Source: the human T2T-CHM13v2.0 reference genome, Homo sapiens. Taken from it: a stretch of 64,000 nucleotides of DNA. Every line of letters begins with the position of its first letter. Positions within the stretch are counted from its first letter, which is position 1. The stretch lies in NCBI RefSeq assembly GCF_009914755.1, contig NC_060935.1; one strand, written 5' to 3'. Positions 54,471 through 64,000 of this stretch are shown here, piece by piece. Under the pieces are notes generated by a model that had not been told where the DNA came from, ran no database searches, and was given only the letters and a program-made list of their open reading frames with translations. The translations under genes and the position numbers were made by a program.

Positions 54471-54869
54471 GAGAGAGACAGAGAGAGCTTTACAGCCTTA
54501 CACACTTGGAGAATGATTGAGATAATCACAGTATTTAGTTAATTAGGAGAAAAAATATTGTATTTAAGGCAAACTCCAATTTAACAGAAAAGCAAGGCAA
54601 AAGCAAGTCCTACTAGTCATGGTGACTTAGAATATTTGTTTCATTCAAGCCTGGAGATGAGCTGAGACTAAATTACGCAGTAGTTGATAACAGTTAATAA
54701 TCGGCATATAAGATGCCTAATTGTCCTGTAATGTTGATATTTTTTCCTCTATGTTTGCTATATCAATGTTAACATTGTGTGTTTTAGTAATTAATCTTAC
54801 CATTTTAATAAAAAGATTAAGTCATTAAAAGAATAATTGCATAGAAAATGTATTTGATATTTAAATGCT

Positions 54870-55219
54870 CAGTTATGGTTACCCTCCATATTCACTAGTT
54901 TTGCATTCTCAGATTCAACCAATCATGCGCTGAAAATATTAGATGGTGGGGAGAGTGGAGGACAGCAAAATGTAACAATACAACTACAAAAAATAATACA
55001 AATAAAAAATACAGTATAACAAATATTTACAGAGCATTTACATTGTATTAGGTATTATAAGTAATATGCAGATGATTTAAAGTCTATGAATGAATATGCA
55101 CAGGTTATATGCAAATACTACATCATTTTATATAAGGGACTTGAGCATCCCTTCATTTTCATATCAGAGAAGGCTGGGTTTCCTGGAACCAATCACCTGT
55201 GGATTCTGAGGGACTATTG
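54870..55219. mobile_element. Tigger3a (TcMar-Tigger) MITE
   Basis: GCATTTACATTGTATTAGGTATTATAAGTAAT...GGTTATATGCAAATACTAC...TATAAGGGACTTGAGCATCC...GGAACCAATC. Confidence 0.85.
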
Positions 55220-55444
55220 TATTTATATTTTTATATTTGAGGTGTTCAATGAGAGACCTGCAAAACAAAAATTTACAAAGAAATGGAGAAAGACATTCTT
55301 CCTCCAGCTCACAACCTTTCACTCACTTTTGACTTCTTGGTTCCTTTAGTCATTTAAATAATCACATCAAAATGGTCTCCCTGAAATCTCATCTCCAACC
55401 ATGGTAGGTTTTAGTCCAATACATTAGGTAACTCTGCATAGACT

Positions 55445-55695
55445 GTAGTGATTACAGAGTGTAGTGGTGAAGAGCAAGAAACCCGGGAAACTAACCCTGT
55501 TAGTTTTTGATGGAATAATCCTAGGCAATAATCTCTCCGGACCTCAGTTTCCTCAACTGAAAATTAGAGTTCACAATAATTTCTGTATCATGGGGTTATG
55601 ATCAGGATTAATTAAAGTAACATACGTCAAGTGCTTAGGCTAGTGCCTGATATGATACATTGTAAGTGCTCAATAAATATTAGCTATTATTAACA
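55445..55695 (+). mobile_element. MIR SINE
   Basis: CCTCAGTTTCCTCAACTGAAAAT...AGTGCCTG...TAAGTGCTCAATAAATATTAGCTATTATT. Confidence 0.8.
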
Positions 55696-56329
55696 ATATC
55701 ATTTATAATAATATTTTGTACACTTTCCTTCTGGAAACTGCACTATTTTAAGGGCTGAAATGTATCAATTCTTTCTGTAAATATTGAATTTAAATTTAAT
55801 ACAATTGAAGAGAAAACATCTTAAAAACTAAATAATTCCAAAAATTTGATATTAATATTAAATGTAAGAGGAATCCAGAACAATACTAATGTAAAAGTTA
55901 ACTGTATATTTAGGAATAATTACAGGCCTTTACACACATACACACACACACAAACACATTATGTGATTTAATCCTCATTACAATCCAATGTGGTAGTTTC
56001 CACAGTAATCCCATTCTACTGATGAGAAAGCCAAGATAAAGTAACTTGCTCAAGGTCTCAAATTAACTATTCAGTTGATCTTCAGTTTCAAACTCAGATT
56101 TTGTTTTTATTTTAGTTTTTTTATTATTATACTTTAAGTTCTAGGATACATGTGCACAACGTGGAGGTTTGTTACGTATGTATATATGTGCCTCTTTGGT
56201 TTGCTGCACCCATTAACTCGTCATTCACATTAGGTATTTCTCCCAACGCTATCCCTCCCCCATCCCCTCAAGCCACGACAGGGCCGGGTGTGTGATGTTC
56301 CCCGCCCTGTGTCCAAGTGTTCTCATGGT

Positions 56330-60151
<3,822 letters not shown>

Positions 60152-60214
60152 TATGATGTTAGCTGGTTATTTTGCCTGTTAGTTGATGCAGTTTCTTCCT
60201 AGCATCCATGGTCT

Positions 60215-61223
60215 TTACAATTTGGCATGTTTTTGCAGTGGCTGGTAGTAGTTGTTCTTTTCCATGTTTAGTGCTTCCTTCAGGAGCTCTTGTAAGGCAG
60301 GCCTGGTGGTGACAAAATCTCTCAGCATCTGCTTGTCTGTAAAGGATTTTATTTCTCCTTCACTTATGAAGCTTAGTTTGGCTGGATATGAAATTCTGGG
60401 TGGAAAATTCTTTTCTTTAAGAATGTTGAATATTGACCCCTACTCTCTTCTGGCTTGTAGGTTTTCTGCTGAGAGATCTGCTGTTAGTCTGATGGGCTTC
60501 CTTTTGTGGGAAACTCGACTTTTCTCTCTGGCTGCCCTTAATATTTTTTCCTTCATTTCAAACTTGGTGAATCTGACAATTATGTGTCTTGGGGTATCTT
60601 TGTGGTGTTCTCTGTATTTCCTGAATTTGAATGTTGGCTTGCCTTGCTAGGTTGGGGAAGTTCTCCTGGATAATATCCTGAAGAGTGTTTTCCAGCTTCG
60701 TTCCATTCTCCCTGTCACTTTCAGGTACACCAATCAAATGTAGCTTTGGTCGTTTCACATAGTCCCATATTTCTTGGAGGCTTTGTTCGTTTCTTTTTAC
60801 TCTTTTTTCTCTAAACTTCTTTTCTCACTTCATTTCATTAATTTGATCTTCAGTCACTGATACCCTTTCTTCCACTTGATCAAATTGGCTAGTGAAGCTT
60901 GTGCATGCATCACGTACTTCCCATGCCATGGTTTTCAGCTCCATCAGGTCATTTAAGGTCTTCTCTACACTGTTTATTCTAGTTAGCTATTCGTCTAATC
61001 TTTTTTCAAGGTTTTTAGCTTCTTTGCGATGGGTTTGAACATCCTCCTTTAGCTCGGAGAAGTTTGTTATTACCGACTTTCTGAAGCCTACTTCTGTCAA
61101 CTCGTCAAAGTCATTCTCCATCCTGCTTTGTTCCGTTGTTGGCGAGGAGCTCGGATCCTTTGGAGGAGATGGGACTCTCTGGTTTTTAGAATTTTCAGCT
61201 TTTCTTCTCTGGTTTCTCCCCAT
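60215..61223 (-). pseudogene. L1 ORF1, disrupted
   Basis: MGRNQRRKAENSKNQ start, premature stop after LDE (60987), and a LIGVPESDRENGTKLENTLQDIIQENFPNLARQ fragment followed by a frameshifting deletion. Confidence 0.92.
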
Positions 61224-63253
61224 CTTTGTGGTTTTATCTACCTTTGGTCTTTGATGATGGTGACCTACAGATGGAGTTTTGGTGTGGATATCCTTTTTGT
61301 TGATGTTGATGCTATTCCTTTCTGTTTGTTAGTTTTCCTTCTAACAGTCAGGTCCCTCAGCTGCAGGTCTGTCGGAGTTTGCTGGAGGTCCACTCCAGCC
61401 CCTGTTTGCCTGGGTATCACCAGCAGAGGCTGCAGAACAGCAAATATTGCAGAACAGCAAATATTGCTGCCTAATATTTCCTCTGGAAGCTTAGTCTCAG
61501 AGGGGCACCCGGCTGTTTGAGGTGTCTGTTGGCCCCTACTGAGAGGTGTCTCCAAGTTAGGCTACCCACTTGAGGAGGCAGTCTGCCCATTCTCAGAGCT
61601 CAAACACTCTGCTGGGAGAACCACTGCTCTCTTCAGAGCTGTCAGACAGGGACATTTAAGTCTGTAGAAGTTTCTGCTGCCTTTTGTTCAGCTATACCCT
61701 GCCCCCAGAGGTGGAGTCTACAGAGGCAGGCAGGCCTCGTTGAGCTGAGGTGGGCTCCACCCAGTTCGAGCTTCCCAGCTGCTTTGTTTACCTATTCAAG
61801 CCTCAGCAATTGTGGATGCTCCTCCCCTAGTCAGGCTTGCTGCCTCGCAATATGATCTGAGACTAGCAGTGGGCAAGGCTCTGTGGGTGTGGGACCCGCT
61901 GAGCCAGGCGTGGGATAAAATCTCCTGGTGTGCCATTTGCTAAGACCACTGGAAAAGTGCAGTGTTTAGGTGGCAGTGTCCCGATTTTCCTGGTACAGAC
62001 TGTCACAGCTTCCCTTGGCTAGGAAAGGGAAATCCCCCGACCCCTTTCGCTTCCCGGGTGAAGTGACGCCCTGCTCTGTTTTGGCTTGCCCTCCGTGGGC
62101 TGCACCCACTTTCTGACCAGTCCCAGTGAGATGAACCAGGTACCTCAGTTGGAGATGCAGAAATCACCCGTCTTCTGCATCAATCACACTGGGAGCTGCA
62201 GATGGGAGCTGTTCCTATTTGGTCATCTTGGAATGGACCGAACCTCAGATTTTACAACACCCAAGTCCATGACCTTATTTTGGTATACTCATACCCAAAA
62301 CAGGAGCTATCTTATCTTCCCCAGTTATTGATCAAATTTTAGAACAGTAAAGTATTTAAAAATGTATAAATTGGTTATTAGAAATAATTCAGGTTATGGT
62401 AGAGAGACTGTTTTATAGAGGCAGCAGTCATCATTTATAATACATATGTAGAATTTTTGTAAACAGAAAATATAAGATTATATTTATGTGTTATGGATAT
62501 AAAAGTGAATAGTTTGATAAACATTACTTTTGTACTAGTTTGCTTGATAGTAGATAGACATGACCTGAATAAAGAACCAGAGAAATCTGTGAATAGAAAA
62601 GAAACATAATTTGTAGATTCAGAGTTAGAAAAAAAAAAAAAAACTTTGTACCATAGATAGTAACGGAGGATGTTCTCCCCTTTGAGTAAAATGATGAAAG
62701 AAAGAACTGGGTTTAATGCTTTTTAATTTATAAGTTGGAAACATAAATGCATGTCCTAATGAGAAGCCTAAGATAGAATAACAAATTAATCACATCAGGA
62801 ACTTGCCCTTTGCATTTCCTTTCTCCTGGGAACTTAAATGCTGAATTTTAATGTTGCATTAACATTTGCAATAAAAGCTAAAACCCTTAAACTAAAATGC
62901 AAACTTCCTTGCAGAGTAGTGTGGTAATTGTACAAAATAACCACATCTAATAACACAGGAGGGCTAAAGGCAAGGATACATTGTTGTCACTTGAAATTAT
63001 AAAGGAATTTCTAAGGAGGATTGATGAAGTTACTGACTTAATTAAAGTTTTCTTGCAATATCATTGACAAATGCTCTGCATTTTTCTTGCTTTAAGTAAT
63101 AGGTATCTTTTGAAAAGGAATGTATCTCAAACCAATATTTTCTCAGTTGCTAACATTATTTTCTTGAATATATTGTATTTTCATTTTGGTTCAAATGACA
63201 TTTTGATTTTTTACTTAAAACGCTTTGATTTTCACTTAGTGGATTTCCCCCAG

Positions 63254-63283
63254 ATCCCATAGCTAACACATCCCATAGCTAAC
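63254..63283. repeat. Short tandem duplication ATCCCATAGCTAAC x2 (period 16)
   Basis: Exact 14-bp copies at 63254-63267 and 63270-63283. Confidence 0.88.
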
Positions 63284-63354
63284 CTATATGTAGGAAGCTT
63301 TAAAGAACTAAAAGTTAAACCTACATGCCACAAAATATTTTTGAAAAAGGTAAG

Positions 63355-63412
63355 TAATATGGTTTGACTGTGTCCTCACCCAAAATCTAATCTTGAATTG
63401 TAGTTCATGGGA
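63355..63412 (+). mobile_element. THE1 LTR 5' stub
   Basis: TAATATGGTTTGACTGTGTCCTCACCCAAAATCTAATCTTGAATTGTAGTTC, followed by unrelated sequence. Confidence 0.75.
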
Positions 63413-63778
63413 ACAGAAATATAATTTTCATAAAAAGCTATTTCTAGAAAAACTTACAAATAGACAATATTTACAAGAATGCTGACCCATGTAATTAATA
63501 TATTAACATTAATATAAAAATTTACCAAGACAGTGTGAAAAATACAAATGTAATTATAGAGAAGGAAGAATAAGCATAGCAAGGGTAAGATACTGTCTCA
63601 GGACCACCTTAAAAAACCTTTACAAAGAGATTTTGGTTTGCACCAGAAACATACCAGACTAGAATAATATATATTGTAATTATTCAATATATTTGAGAAC
63701 AAGATTAATAAACCAAAGAGCATTCATCCCAAAGTCATATTTATTTCAATAGATCGTTTGTTATTTCATATAAGTTCC

Positions 63779-64000
63779 TTTCTTTCTTTCTTTCTTTCTT
63801 TTTTTTTTAATTGAGATGGAGTCTCACTCTGTTGCCCAAGCTGGAGTGCAGTGGTGTGATCTTGGTTCACTGCAACCTCAGCCTCTTGGGTTCAAATGAT
63901 TCTCCTGCCTCAGTCTCCGGAGTAGCTGGGACTGCAGGCACATGCCACAATGCCTGGCTAATTTTTTTTTTTTTTTTTTAGTAGAGATTAGATTTCGGCA
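63779..64000 (-). mobile_element. Alu, cut by window end
   Basis: (TTTC)n/T tail, GAGATGGAGTCTCACTCTGTTGCCCAAGCTGGAGTGCAGTGG, and an expanded T linker. Confidence 0.93.

Overview
Primate (human-like) non-coding genomic DNA, AT-rich and dominated by interspersed repeats. I see no credible host protein-coding exon, rRNA, intact tRNA or CRISPR array. The ORF track is explained by decayed L1 ORF1/ORF2, MaLR (THE1) internal sequence, Alu, GC-rich MER52 and chance ORFs. Main contents: a MER11 LTR, two THE1-type MaLR proviruses, MER4A1, MER52A nested in an older ERV1 LTR, several MLT/MST/THE1 solo LTRs, about nine Alus, old L1/MIR and DNA-transposon fossils, and a full-length but inactivated L1PA6-like element (56103-62240, minus). 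Most notable non-routine structures: (1) a complex local rearrangement at 45.4-47.8 kb (tandem duplication, a 279-bp templated insertion, an abortive 10-bp copy and fold-back fragments inside (TA)n tracts); (2) a tailless 5'-fragment tRNA-Gln(CTG) retrocopy with a target-site duplication (TSD) and a possible pre-tRNA leader; (3) a THE1 provirus whose two LTRs look like different subfamilies and whose flanks do not match, suggesting recombination between two proviruses. I found no convincing novel gene system. Subfamily names come from recalled consensus sequences, not from a search.
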